A DNA stretch of 64,000 bases, taken from assembly GCA_022711115.1 (NCBI GenBank), contig JAKLFP010000001.1, forward strand, positions 389,183 to 453,182. Direction: 5' to 3'. The position numbers and the translations under genes are program-made. Under the pieces are notes generated by a model that made no database searches, was not told where the DNA came from, and worked only from the letters and a program-made list of their open reading frames with translations. This document shows positions 1 to 9,857 of the stretch, piece after piece. Numbering within the stretch: position 1 is the first letter of the stretch; the number at the start of each line of letters is the position of its first letter. This stretch comes from Candidatus Omnitrophota bacterium. Its GTDB lineage: Bacteria; Omnitrophota; Omnitrophia; Omnitrophales; Aquincolibacteriaceae.

Positions 1-1157
1 ATCGGCGTTTCCCCAGGGGAATCAACCATGAGACCCATAGCAGGTTTTATGCCGGCTTTCACAGTATTGTTTATTATTTCCTGCACGGACTTTAGCTCAA
101 AACCTTTATTCATTTTTTTAATCACGGATTGAGCGCCGCTTTCCACGCCATAGCTTAGGCAAGTACATCCGGATTTTTTTATTTTTTGCAACAACTCCAA
201 AGATAGATATTTTTCGGGACGGGCTTGTGAGAACCATTGAACATCCGCTTTTTCATTGATCAATAAATCACATGTTTCCGTCAATTGCTTTTCTGAAATC
301 GCCAGTGTGGAATCGGCTTTAAAGAATCTTGAAACGCCATAAGTTTTTTTCTGGTGTATAAATTCATGGCAAATGCTTTGCGGGGATCGCATTCTTGGTC
401 TCCCCCATAATTTGCTTTCATAACAAAAGGCGCATTGATGGGTACATCCTCTTAACCAGGAGATAGTAAGACTGATATAGTCGCGCCCCAGGGTATTTTT
501 ATAATCGTCAATAAAATCGGAAAAATCAGGATAGGGAAGAGAGTCTAGATCTTTTATAAATTCTCTGGGCCCGCCATCAATAATTTCTCCGTTTCTCATA
601 AAAAGCATTCCTGGACACGCCTGGATCTGGTCCGTTTTCTCCAAATTGTTCACTATATCCAGTAAAGTCATTTCTCCTTCACCGACAACGACGATGTCCA
701 CAAGTTGGGATTCTAGAGACGCCCTTGCACGCTCTTGATAACATTGGGGGCCACCGAATATGATGCGGATATTTTTGTTCTTTTCTTTGATTTTTTTAGA
801 AAGATAAAGTGCCATTTGCTCTGTGGAATACGAAATATAGAACCCTATGACTTTGGCTTCTGATTTCAGAATCTTATCTACCCATCCTTCTGTTAAATAA
901 TTCATCCTGGGGATATTTTTTTGAAGAAATTTGCTCTGATTTTCAAGAATACCACGATATTTTTCATACCATTGTTCTTGATCCTTTTTTTTAGCATCCA
1001 TATACGTTTGAATATTCAAATCCATCACAGAGACCTCTTTTCCGTTCTTTTTGAGAAAAGCCGAAAGAGAGGCTAACCCTAAAGGAAGAATACCTTCCGG
1101 TTGCTTGTGATTATTAAATAAATTAACCCATGGTGGGAAAATCAGTAGAGTTTTCAC
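1..1157 (-). CDS. B12-binding domain radical SAM protein (N-terminal part; gene continues beyond window start). Probable GTG start at 1157
   Basis: Manual minus-strand translation gives VKTLLIFPPWVNLFNNHKQPEGILPLGLASLSAFLKKNGKEVSVMD... (B12-binding domain N-terminus), later ...WLRGCTHQCAFC (CX3CX2C radical SAM cluster motif). Not in ORF track because there is no stop in the window. Confidence 0.6.
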   Translation of the reverse strand, partial: MKTLLIFPPWVNLFNNHKQPEGILPLGLASLSAFLKKNGKEVSVMDLNIQTYMDAKKKDQEQWYEKYRGILENQSKFLQKNIPRMNYLTEGWVDKILKSEAKVIGFYISYSTEQMALYLSKKIKEKNKNIRIIFGGPQCYQERARASLESQLVDIVVVGEGEMTLLDIVNNLEKTDQIQACPGMLFMRNGEIIDGGPREFIKDLDSLPYPDFSDFIDDYKNTLGRDYISLTISWLRGCTHQCAFCYESKLWGRPRMRSPQSICHEFIHQKKTYGVSRFFKADSTLAISEKQLTETCDLLINEKADVQWFSQARPEKYLSLELLQKIKKSGCTCLSYGVESGAQSVIKKMNKGFELKSVQEIINNTVKAGIKPAMGLMVDSPGETP

Positions 1158-1232
1158 CTTCTTGTTTTTCGCCTCGTTCTATCATGCCTGACACCCAAAA
1201 GAATCTCGTCAAAGCAATATGTGTTCAAATTA

Positions 1233-2324
1233 TCAAACCTCTCCATATTGACTCGTTTTTTCCAAGTTATAATGGTTCACGAGATATTCACTGAGCCTGT
1301 TGGCTATGATCTCATGCCCTTTTTTATTATAGTGAGGATCAATTTCAAAAGTAATCCCATGGCTTTTCCCTAAAACACCAGAAAGATCCAAATAATCTAT
1401 GTTTTCACGACTTAAAAACGCTTGCAACCACGGAATGGGGCCCTGATCAATATTGACAATTAAGAGTTGCATTTTTCTCTTTTGAAGTTGATTCTTTAAA
1501 TTTTTGAAATTCTTTTCAGCCTCTTCCATAACCATTTTCTTTTGCGCAGAAGTTCTTACCCTATACCCATGCTTACTGCCTTCGGACTCACCTTGTTTCA
1601 TAATATGATTCCAAAGTTCTCGCTCTTTTTTAGCCATAGAATGACGTATCAGAAGGATATTACAATTAACTTTCAGCCAGGAGTAAAGATAGCTAATTCC
1701 CAAAACATGGTTAAATTTTGAATATATGCTTCGCGTGAAAGAATTTATAAAATTATATGATACAATGTTTTCATCGACAATAAATGGTGAGTTTTCCATT
1801 GTTTTATAAATCGCTCTATCTAAATCAACCGCGATAATAGAACAAATAACCAGATCCGGTTTTAGAGAAAAACCATAATTTTCTAACCACAAGAACATCT
1901 GATGAATCCCATATCCGGGAACTCCGGCGTTAATGGAATAAATGCCTTTGACCTTTTTTTCCACCAAATCGGAAAATCGGCTTTCCACAGGAACTCCTAC
2001 TCCAAAAGTTTGGGAGTCGCCTAAAAATATTATTTTGAATTTATCTGTATCGGAAATTTCTTTTTCTCGCAGCCCTAAACTGTTAGTTGTGTAAATAATC
2101 TCATATTCGGAAGTGAAAGCATTTCTGCTGGCACTCGGTAATAATTTATATTGCAAGACGGGGTCTCGCTGATGTAAATGGGGGGTATGGTCAAAAGAGA
2201 AATTCCGATAAACCTCTATTTTTTTATGCGTTAAAAAGAAAAATATACGGGTACAGCCTTCGGCCAGAAGAAAAGTGCATAAAATATTAACGATACAAAC
2301 TAAAATTATTTTGGAGTATTTCAT
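1233..2324 (-). CDS. membrane-anchored SGNH/GDSL hydrolase-family protein (paralog 1 of 4)
   Basis: N-terminal TM helix; GDSQTFGVGV block (GDSx motif); C-terminal DPHYNKKGHEII block (DxxH). Paralogous to 13320-14522, 26102-27190 and 52885-53766. Confidence 0.6.
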   Translation of the reverse strand: MKYSKIILVCIVNILCTFLLAEGCTRIFFFLTHKKIEVYRNFSFDHTPHLHQRDPVLQYKLLPSASRNAFTSEYEIIYTTNSLGLREKEISDTDKFKIIFLGDSQTFGVGVPVESRFSDLVEKKVKGIYSINAGVPGYGIHQMFLWLENYGFSLKPDLVICSIIAVDLDRAIYKTMENSPFIVDENIVSYNFINSFTRSIYSKFNHVLGISYLYSWLKVNCNILLIRHSMAKKERELWNHIMKQGESEGSKHGYRVRTSAQKKMVMEEAEKNFKNLKNQLQKRKMQLLIVNIDQGPIPWLQAFLSRENIDYLDLSGVLGKSHGITFEIDPHYNKKGHEIIANRLSEYLVNHYNLEKTSQYGEV

Positions 2325-2413
2325 ATCATCTTTTTTGATTTAAAAATGCGAAACAGACCAAAAAAATAGAAAAATTTTAAGGAATTTTTTAAAAATTTAC
2401 CTTCTCTAGAAAT

Positions 2414-3603
2414 TTAAACGGGCGGGGTTTGTTCCCGTGTGGCTTCGATATAAAAAACGCCTATCTTTAGCCCTCCCCATAACGCTCCCAGAACATAGGC
2501 CCAGTTAAGAAGATAGCGAAGTAACGTATAGGCAATCCAGCGGCTTTTTTTTGAAGAAATCCAGCTTCGGAAAGTCAGTCTTCCACAAAAAAACAACCAT
2601 ACCAGAAACCACCCTAGAGCAAAGAACATGAGCGCATTATAAGCTTTAAAAAATAAGGAACATACTATGGCTAAAAATAAGAGATGAAGCATGTGGAATG
2701 GTGTCAAAAATATCAGCGCATAAAAAGGGAGGGGAAAACCCAAAAGAGTAGAAAATTGTACGGAAGACCATCCCATGCCTTTGTGCGTTGGCAAAAATAT
2801 CTTGATTGATTTGGAAGTGTGCTTTTTAAAAATATAAGGATGATAATAGCCATATCGAAACCATTGCTTGAGCAAGGCCCCTAGAGTTGTCCTGTGTTTA
2901 TGATGAATGAGAGCTTTCGGCTCAAAAAACAATTCCCATTTTGTTTTCGCCAACCGAATGCCCCATTCCACATCTTCTCCAGTTTGGTACTGCCCATCAA
3001 ATAATCCTACTTCATGAAGCGCTTCTCTCCGAATGGCTAAATTAGCCGTAGCAAATATGGGCTGGATCATTACAGAATCCGTTTTGGGTAGGTAGCCTCG
3101 CTCATAACCTTTGGTGAACAAAATATTCGTGATCATTGTGAATGATTTTCCTTTGAGCTGGATCCTACACGCATGACCGCGTCCGCAATGCAGTAATCCT
3201 CCACCAGCGTTCCTTTCACGCGACAGGCTAGGATTTCCCCTCCGACCATACCAATGGCTGGGTCTCTTAAAAAAGGTAACTCCAGATGATGCAACCATTT
3301 TTTATCCGCAACGCAGTCGTCATCTGTAAAAACGACAATATCCCCTGTCGCATTCAAGATACCAGTGTTTCTAGCTACAGGAATTCCTTTTTTATTTTCA
3401 AATATATATTTAATCGGAAGTTCTTCTTCGAAATGTTTGATGACTTCTCTTGTATGATCTGAGGAACCATTATCAACAACAACCACTTCGTCCGGGAACC
3501 GGACTTGTTGGACAAGAGATGACAGAGCGTCCTCTAGCATGGTCGCTCTATTAAAGGTCACTATGATAACTGAAATTTTTAATTTTTTTTGATCAATTGT
3601 CAT
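2414..3603 (-). pseudogene. family-2 glycosyltransferase with C-terminal TM domain, split by a frameshift into ORFs 3133..3603 and 2414..3298 (pseudogene or sequencing error)
   Basis: 3133..3603 encodes the GT2 N-terminus (ISVIIVTFNR...VVVVDNGSSDHT...FTDDDC). 2414..3298 continues the GT2 fold in another frame (FDGQYQTGEDVEWGIRLAKTKWELFFEPKALIHHKH) followed by TM helices. The two ORFs overlap by 166 nt. Confidence 0.5.
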
Positions 3604-3610
3604 ATTCCAC

Positions 3611-5284
3611 TCAACTATACAATATTTTCAATGTTTTTAAAGTGGATAAAAAATACGTTTCGGTGTCCGATGATTCACCATTGAGGTCTTTTCTATATTC
3701 TTCATGAAAGGTCTTCAACCAAGGCATTTCTGGAAAACTCGATTCAGGATACCCTTGGTAGACTTGGCTGCTGGACAATGGAACAAAAATTCTTTTCTTT
3801 GCCAGCGAGTCTTCAACAAGCTTTAATCGCAATGCTTGCCAGAAAAAAAGCTGAAATTGAATATTCGACAAACGGACAATCGTGGGCTCGGCGAGGATGT
3901 TCAGAATCATTCTCTTGTCTTCCTCCAGCGATCCTAAAAAGTCTTTCAAAAAATGATTCACTAAAATGCTCTGGCTTGTTTGGCATTGTAAAGGCCCTCC
4001 TAAAATTGACGCGTAAGGTGTGCTAACGTACAAAAAAATAAGCGGCATCAGGTTTGGTGAAAAAAGCGCTGACCGCATCAGCGGAGGTTCCTGTTTACTG
4101 AGCGATACCGCGCCGTACGAAGTGATACCATATAAGGACAGCCGTTGTGGAGCTTCATTCTTTGCCATGACTTTATTAAGTTCATCGATCATTTCGAAAG
4201 GAATATTGTTTTTACTTTTAATAAACAGGCCTATATTCGACTCATTGATGCAAACAAGATCTAGAGGGGATATAAAAATAGATTCAATATCCTCTTGATA
4301 TTTTTCATGAATAATCTTAACGATGGAGTCTAATTTTTTCTTATTTTCATGCGAAATAATTATATCGGCCGATTCAAAATCCAGGCGAAGGTTGTCAGGA
4401 CTCCACTCATTACCATCGTCGTAGTCCGCTATCGCGCTTAGAGCTTCGAGGGTTTTGGTGAGTGCCGTCATATAGAATTCATAACTACTGGAAACAAAAC
4501 AAGAATCATATGTTTGGAAGCCGTTTTTTTTAAACGCTAGCAACCTTTCGATATGAATTTTATTTCTTTCATCAAATTCCGGCTGAATGCCTTTTAGGGC
4601 GTCACCTCTGTCAAGCCAGTCCTCATGGTTCTTTGCCGACATAAGTGACCGGCTAACATCCGCATTGACTTTATAGCAGACATAATTTTGCATGCGCTTA
4701 TTCTTGTGGTTTTTTTTAAGGATAAAATGATCTATAAAAAGCGAATGGACAAAAGCGAGGTGGCCTAGGAGCAACTCTTTCCTTTGAGCCCCTTTTAATT
4801 CCGGGTATTGGCTAAAAATATCTTTACCATATAAAAGCTTGCCGTTTTTTTTAGTTTCATTAAAGAGTTTGAATTTGGCATAAAGATGCTTCAGGTAGAT
4901 ATCGCTTTTGTACCGATCGTGATAGATCTTTTCGATTTCCGCTTCAGTAAAGAGACCTCTTTCATCATATTTTATCAAAGGAATAAACCTGCAGAGGCTG
5001 CGGTATGTTTTTTCAACAATTGGTTTATCGTCCGGACCATTGCCAACAATGACAATGAGATCAATGTCGCTTAACCCGTAAAAGCATTCTCCTGTTACGA
5101 ATCCGCCGGTCAGGTAGATCGCTGCTACTTCCTTTTGTTTTTTAAGAATTGTGACGGTCATTCGCAACAAAAAACCGTAACACTGCTTGTAAACCCAAGT
5201 CCACGGCCAATAGTTCGTATGGATAATAAAATTTTGTATCAATCGCTTCAGCATAGAGAGGTTATTTATTTTGTGGCAACACAA
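3611..5284 (-). CDS. large nucleotidyltransferase-fold (Pol-beta/MNT superfamily) protein, unknown function
   Basis: LTGGFVTGECFYGLSDIDLIVIV matches hG[GS]x9-13DhDh of minimal nucleotidyltransferases; 557 aa; paralog at 7324-8871. Confidence 0.5.
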   Translation of the reverse strand: MCCHKINNLSMLKRLIQNFIIHTNYWPWTWVYKQCYGFLLRMTVTILKKQKEVAAIYLTGGFVTGECFYGLSDIDLIVIVGNGPDDKPIVEKTYRSLCRFIPLIKYDERGLFTEAEIEKIYHDRYKSDIYLKHLYAKFKLFNETKKNGKLLYGKDIFSQYPELKGAQRKELLLGHLAFVHSLFIDHFILKKNHKNKRMQNYVCYKVNADVSRSLMSAKNHEDWLDRGDALKGIQPEFDERNKIHIERLLAFKKNGFQTYDSCFVSSSYEFYMTALTKTLEALSAIADYDDGNEWSPDNLRLDFESADIIISHENKKKLDSIVKIIHEKYQEDIESIFISPLDLVCINESNIGLFIKSKNNIPFEMIDELNKVMAKNEAPQRLSLYGITSYGAVSLSKQEPPLMRSALFSPNLMPLIFLYVSTPYASILGGPLQCQTSQSILVNHFLKDFLGSLEEDKRMILNILAEPTIVRLSNIQFQLFFWQALRLKLVEDSLAKKRIFVPLSSSQVYQGYPESSFPEMPWLKTFHEEYRKDLNGESSDTETYFLSTLKTLKILYS

Positions 5285-6057
5285 ATAAAAAATTTACTTT
5301 CTTCTATATTGTTTTCCGAAATGACCAGGTCCTCGAGAGAAGCAACCTTAGGGAAAGGAAGGTTCATGATCTTTTTGGATAAATATTGACGAATGCTATT
5401 GGGGATAAGATTCTTGATCTTATAAGGATTTTCTCTCAAAAATATATTGTTTTTCGTAGCATCTTTGATGGCCCGGGGATAAGCCCCGATTTTTTCTTCG
5501 TAATGATCGGATCGCCTTTGTCCGTACATCTTTTGAATACAAAAATGACGGCCCACCAAAGCCTGAAATTCATCAAGACAATATTCTTTTACATGAAATT
5601 GGTGGGCGTCTCCTTTTAAAAGACCATACACCTTGTTGTTAGGCGTTGAAATCATAATCGTTCCTTGCGGGCATAAAACCCTTTTCATTTCCGCTAACAT
5701 GGAATCTGGATTAGTGATGTGTTCTATGGTTTCAAAAGAAACGATGGTGTGGAAAGCAGCTTCGGAAAATTTAAGACGGGCAGCATCCATAACTTGAAAC
5801 GATAGATTTTCGGAACGATAGTTTTTCTTACAGTAATCAATAGCCTCTTCCGATAGATCCACTCCAACAACACTAGCAGCGCTGTTTTTTGCCAGCAATT
5901 GAGACCCATACCCGCTGCCGCAGGCGACATCAAGGACATTTTTATTTTGCAAGAACTCTTTAGCGAAAAGATATCGCTGCATGTGCTCCCAATAAATTTC
6001 ATCCCTATTATTGGATAGGGTATATCGCTCAGAAGTTTTGTTCATCAATTTAACCAT
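5266..6057 (-). CDS. class I SAM-dependent methyltransferase
   Basis: VLDVACGSGYGSQLLA (motif I GxGxG) and downstream acidic motif. Confidence 0.7.
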   Translation of the reverse strand: MVKLMNKTSERYTLSNNRDEIYWEHMQRYLFAKEFLQNKNVLDVACGSGYGSQLLAKNSAASVVGVDLSEEAIDYCKKNYRSENLSFQVMDAARLKFSEAAFHTIVSFETIEHITNPDSMLAEMKRVLCPQGTIMISTPNNKVYGLLKGDAHQFHVKEYCLDEFQALVGRHFCIQKMYGQRRSDHYEEKIGAYPRAIKDATKNNIFLRENPYKIKNLIPNSIRQYLSKKIMNLPFPKVASLEDLVISENNIEESKFFICVATK

Positions 6058-6571
6058 GGATGTTTTTAAAAAAGCTAAATGAAAACCAAAATTAACTTAT
6101 GAATGGGACTTGGATTTGAATGCCTTTTTATAAGTTATACCGCTTTCCTTATTTGACCGTCAATCTCTTTGATTTTGATGTTCGTCCCCGGTCTTCCTTT
6201 GTTTTTGCTCTCTATTTCGATGTTGCGAAACTTCATAATGTAAAAATTCCGTGCTGCAAGTTAACACACTATAAGATGGAGAATAACAGTTTATTTTTTA
6301 TGTTTCTTTATAAAACAAAAAAACACCTCTAAATAACTTTATCAATTTCGGTGCTTTTCATTTCGCTTAGGATTTGCTAGATTGCTTTTTGGAAACAAAT
6401 CCATTTTGCTCTTAAAAAACTTCACAAAAAAAGATACACGATGAACCGAAAAAAATCCTTATTTAACCATGGCGGTCACGCATAAAAGGGGTTAATTTTT
6501 ATCGGCCTATTATTAAGAGGCTGGAAACTTTTTATCGCTATAAAACATTTGAGATATTCAACGCGATTTAC

Positions 6572-7294
6572 ATGGAAACCATTACCTCTTGTAATAGACG
6601 TTGTTATTATTGCCCAAATTCAAAATTCGACAGAGGGTTGATGAAGAATACGAAAAGAATGGACACGGGATTATTCCATAAGATCATTGATGAGCTAGCG
6701 GCGTTGGGGTGGAGCGGAGAAATTGCTCCGAATTTCTATGGTGAACCTTTATTAGATGATCGCATGGTGGAACTAGTGAAATATGCGCGCAACAAAATAA
6801 ACGGTTCTATGATCACTCTTTTTACAAATGGCGATTTTTTGACCGTAGAATTATACCTGAGATTGGTGAAAGCGGGCGTTAGTGCGTTTTGTATAACGGA
6901 ACATCCGGATGGAACCCCGCCGTTTATTAACGAAATATTAGAGTATCGAAAAGCACACGGAGACGATCATGTTAAGGTGGAGTATAAAAAATTAACCATG
7001 ATTTATAGCCGCGAGGGAGATGTCCCCATTGATGAGGTGGCTCCTAAGGATTGTGCTAACGCCGCATACAGAAAAATCGGCATTGATTGGGATGGGAACG
7101 TCGTGTTTTGCTGTAACGATTATTTCGTTACCGTTAAACTTGGTAATGTAAGAAAGGAAAGATTAATCGATGTGTGGAGAAAACCTTATTACAAAAAACT
7201 AAGGAAAAAACTCTACAGAGGCCAATCAAAGCTTGAGATATGCAGAAAGTGTAAATACGGAACAGTCGCAAAAAAAACACTCTCCCTACCTTAG
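6572..7294 (+). CDS. small radical SAM protein with SPASM/twitch-like C-terminal Cys cluster (paralog A)
   Basis: CNRRCYYC (CX3CX2C) at the N-terminus; C-terminal ...DGNVVFCCNDY...GNV...LIDVW...CRKCKYG. Paralogs at 29396-30229 and the C-terminus of 43065-44966. Confidence 0.65.
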   Translation: METITSCNRRCYYCPNSKFDRGLMKNTKRMDTGLFHKIIDELAALGWSGEIAPNFYGEPLLDDRMVELVKYARNKINGSMITLFTNGDFLTVELYLRLVKAGVSAFCITEHPDGTPPFINEILEYRKAHGDDHVKVEYKKLTMIYSREGDVPIDEVAPKDCANAAYRKIGIDWDGNVVFCCNDYFVTVKLGNVRKERLIDVWRKPYYKKLRKKLYRGQSKLEICRKCKYGTVAKKTLSLP

Positions 7295-7323
7295 GCTGCC
7301 ATTGCAAACATGGAATGTGATTG

Positions 7324-8871
7324 TTAACCCGTAACAAAAGGTTCTAGTTTATCAACCAAATAACGCTGGCAGAGGTAATAATCCCGAGAGAATTCGTCAG
7401 ATTCTTTTAAGTTGCTCGCCTTTTGAAAAACATCTCTTTCTAAAAGCTGAACAATTTTGGATGTCTCAGGCTCCCCTGCAAAGCATTGCTGGTATATTTC
7501 CTTCCCATTATCCATAGAGGGAATGATATCTGTTTCAAACAAAACCCTGTTCACAACAAGATGATTCAAGATTCTTTTTTGGTGTTTAAACAAGTCAATA
7601 CCTCTAAGGCTAAAGCCTTTTTTCATTTCTGACATGGCGTTGAGCATATATAGTTTTCGTATTAACTCTTTATGAGGTTGTATGGCACTCATCAATTGCC
7701 ATGGAGCTTGTCCGACGAGCGTCTGAGCTGATTTTAAGTAAGCTTGATACCAAAAAGGATCGTGTGAGCCGAAAGCTTTGAGTGAATCCTGCATCCAAAA
7801 ATTGACACTTTCGGGATTGAAAGAATCATTGGTTGGGGTGAGGTAATTTTTTTTCGTGATCTGGAGTAATTTTTTGAGGTCTTCCAGGGTCGCTGTGTTT
7901 TTTGCTATAACCAAAAGCTGCGAGTTAAAACAGATAATAGCAGCTATGGCCCCAGCAACATCCCGGTTCAGATGATGCGCATATTCCAGTTGTTTGGGAG
8001 AAATCATTTGGATGTTGTTTTGACAAACAGAAGAAGGCCCTTCCGCATTGGGCATAGAAAAAAACTTCTCAGCCGCAGCGTTGATCCATTTGAATAATCG
8101 AACGCAGGCCTGAGAAATTTCTTCTTCCCCCTGTTTGGAGAAGAAATCGATGCTTTGAATTGATTCGCTTTTTTTACAAATCTCTTTGAGCAAGGGGTCA
8201 TCGACTCTTTCTATAATAAAAGTTTCGTTATTCCGAAAAATGTCATGCCCTTCTGCAACGAGATTCATGTCCGTAAGGATGTGGCAAATTTTAAAAGTGT
8301 TTTTATAGAAGTCCCGTAAACATTCTCGATGAAGTGAGTTGGCTTTTAGATAATCACACACTAAAAGGCGGTGAGCCCATAGGGCTCGAAAGAAAAGACC
8401 AGAAAGCGCGGTTCTTGGCAAAGGGCGCATGACGGAATCTAGGTTAACGGAGTCGCCCGCCACAAGGCGCCATGCGTTGGGGTTGATCAGGAAGAAATGA
8501 TTGCTGAGTTCCTTTACAAATTTTACATCCTGCTGTGAAAAAATGCGTTCAAGCTTGGGAATCTTAAAGAAAGCCGTAAGACGAGCGGTATCTCTAAAAA
8601 TGCGAGAAACGGCTTTGTATTCATTTTCTGGGGACAGGGGGCGAAGAAAAGCAAGCGCATCCATGTCGCTTGTACCAAAAAAATAATTACCTTTCGCCAT
8701 GCTACCGGTCACATATAAAGATTGTATCTCAGGGTATCTTCTTAAAAATTTAATGAAGAGCCAGAGTAAAACTTCCTGAAAATAGCTAAAAACGTGTTTG
8801 ATGATGGAAACTCTCTGAACACCGAGAAGGAAAATCTTAATCTGCCTGGATACTTTTGTTTGCTTTAGCAT
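7324..8871 (-). CDS. large nucleotidyltransferase-fold protein, unknown function (paralog of 3611-5284)
   Basis: YVTGSMAKGNYFFGTSDMDALAFL fits the GSx(n)DxD nucleotidyltransferase motif; 515 aa. Confidence 0.5.
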   Translation of the reverse strand: MLKQTKVSRQIKIFLLGVQRVSIIKHVFSYFQEVLLWLFIKFLRRYPEIQSLYVTGSMAKGNYFFGTSDMDALAFLRPLSPENEYKAVSRIFRDTARLTAFFKIPKLERIFSQQDVKFVKELSNHFFLINPNAWRLVAGDSVNLDSVMRPLPRTALSGLFFRALWAHRLLVCDYLKANSLHRECLRDFYKNTFKICHILTDMNLVAEGHDIFRNNETFIIERVDDPLLKEICKKSESIQSIDFFSKQGEEEISQACVRLFKWINAAAEKFFSMPNAEGPSSVCQNNIQMISPKQLEYAHHLNRDVAGAIAAIICFNSQLLVIAKNTATLEDLKKLLQITKKNYLTPTNDSFNPESVNFWMQDSLKAFGSHDPFWYQAYLKSAQTLVGQAPWQLMSAIQPHKELIRKLYMLNAMSEMKKGFSLRGIDLFKHQKRILNHLVVNRVLFETDIIPSMDNGKEIYQQCFAGEPETSKIVQLLERDVFQKASNLKESDEFSRDYYLCQRYLVDKLEPFVTG

Positions 8872-9857
8872 CGGTTTTTTGTTTTATCAGTAATGGTTGC
8901 GGCTTGATTTTGACAATGCAGTGCTTTTAGATAAAGCCCCAACCAAAAGCTTAAGATGAACAGCATCAGGGCCGGTGAAAAAAATAAAAAGCGAAGCAAC
9001 TTTTTGACCCTCATCGCGGTGCGAAGGAAATCGTAATATGTGACACCTACGGATCTTGGCATGTGCCAAAAAAAAATCATACCGGGATGCTTTAAGGCAT
9101 CGGTAAGTTGTTTTGAAATGATATTTGCTTTTTTGCTCGCCTCAAAGGTGTAGGCGCCGTAACGATATCGTTGATTGAGAAAATCCCAAAAGGATTTTTG
9201 TTCCCAGTGTTCGATCTTGAGCGAAGGAAGATAAAAAGTTGAGATTCCTTTTTTAGCCAAACGAAAAGCAATCTCGGCATCCTCTCCACCCTGGAGGGTT
9301 TCGCTGTACATCCCCACAGCAGAGAAAATGTTCTTGTCGAATATAGGCCCATTGACTGCGGAAATATTATTGCTTTTTATAACCTTATGGTCGGAATACT
9401 CTTCCTGAATACTGCGCCAGAGAGTCAATTCCCGATAAAGCTGTTGAATAATGCTTCCAAGGCCCTGGCCGCAAGAAATAAGATGCGAAGTAAGCACTTG
9501 GGCTTGGGGATGTGTAGTAAAAAATTCTTTTACTTGAGACAAGTAATCGGGCGACAAACAAAAATCGTCATCAATAAATACCAGAAAGCGGCCTCGAGAA
9601 TTCTTGATTCCCTTATTTCTTGCGGCGGCAACGCCTTGATGATCCTGGAAAATATAGGAAATAGGCAGCAATCCTTTAAAGGCATCGACATTTTTCCGGT
9701 TATCGCAGGAAGAGCCGTCATCCACAACAATAACTTCAAACATCTCTTTGCTGAAATCTTGCCTAGCTACGGCTTCTAGGCAGGCCCTTAGCGACCTAGG
9801 CCTTTCATAAGTCAGAATGATGACGGAAAAAAAGAGTTTAGAATGATCCGGTGACAT
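8865..9857 (-). CDS. family-2 glycosyltransferase with C-terminal TM segment
   Basis: FSVIILTYERP...FEVIVVDDGSS...FIDDDF; tandem paralog of 9812-10858. Confidence 0.7.
   Translation of the reverse strand: MSPDHSKLFFSVIILTYERPRSLRACLEAVARQDFSKEMFEVIVVDDGSSCDNRKNVDAFKGLLPISYIFQDHQGVAAARNKGIKNSRGRFLVFIDDDFCLSPDYLSQVKEFFTTHPQAQVLTSHLISCGQGLGSIIQQLYRELTLWRSIQEEYSDHKVIKSNNISAVNGPIFDKNIFSAVGMYSETLQGGEDAEIAFRLAKKGISTFYLPSLKIEHWEQKSFWDFLNQRYRYGAYTFEASKKANIISKQLTDALKHPGMIFFWHMPRSVGVTYYDFLRTAMRVKKLLRFLFFSPALMLFILSFWLGLYLKALHCQNQAATITDKTKNRC

Noticed and set aside
3611-8871. CBASS-like (cGAS/DncV-type) interpretation of the two NTase-fold proteins
   Set aside because: No adjacent effector (phospholipase, TM, nuclease, TIR) and no E1/E2/JAB accessory genes; the context is entirely glycan biosynthesis
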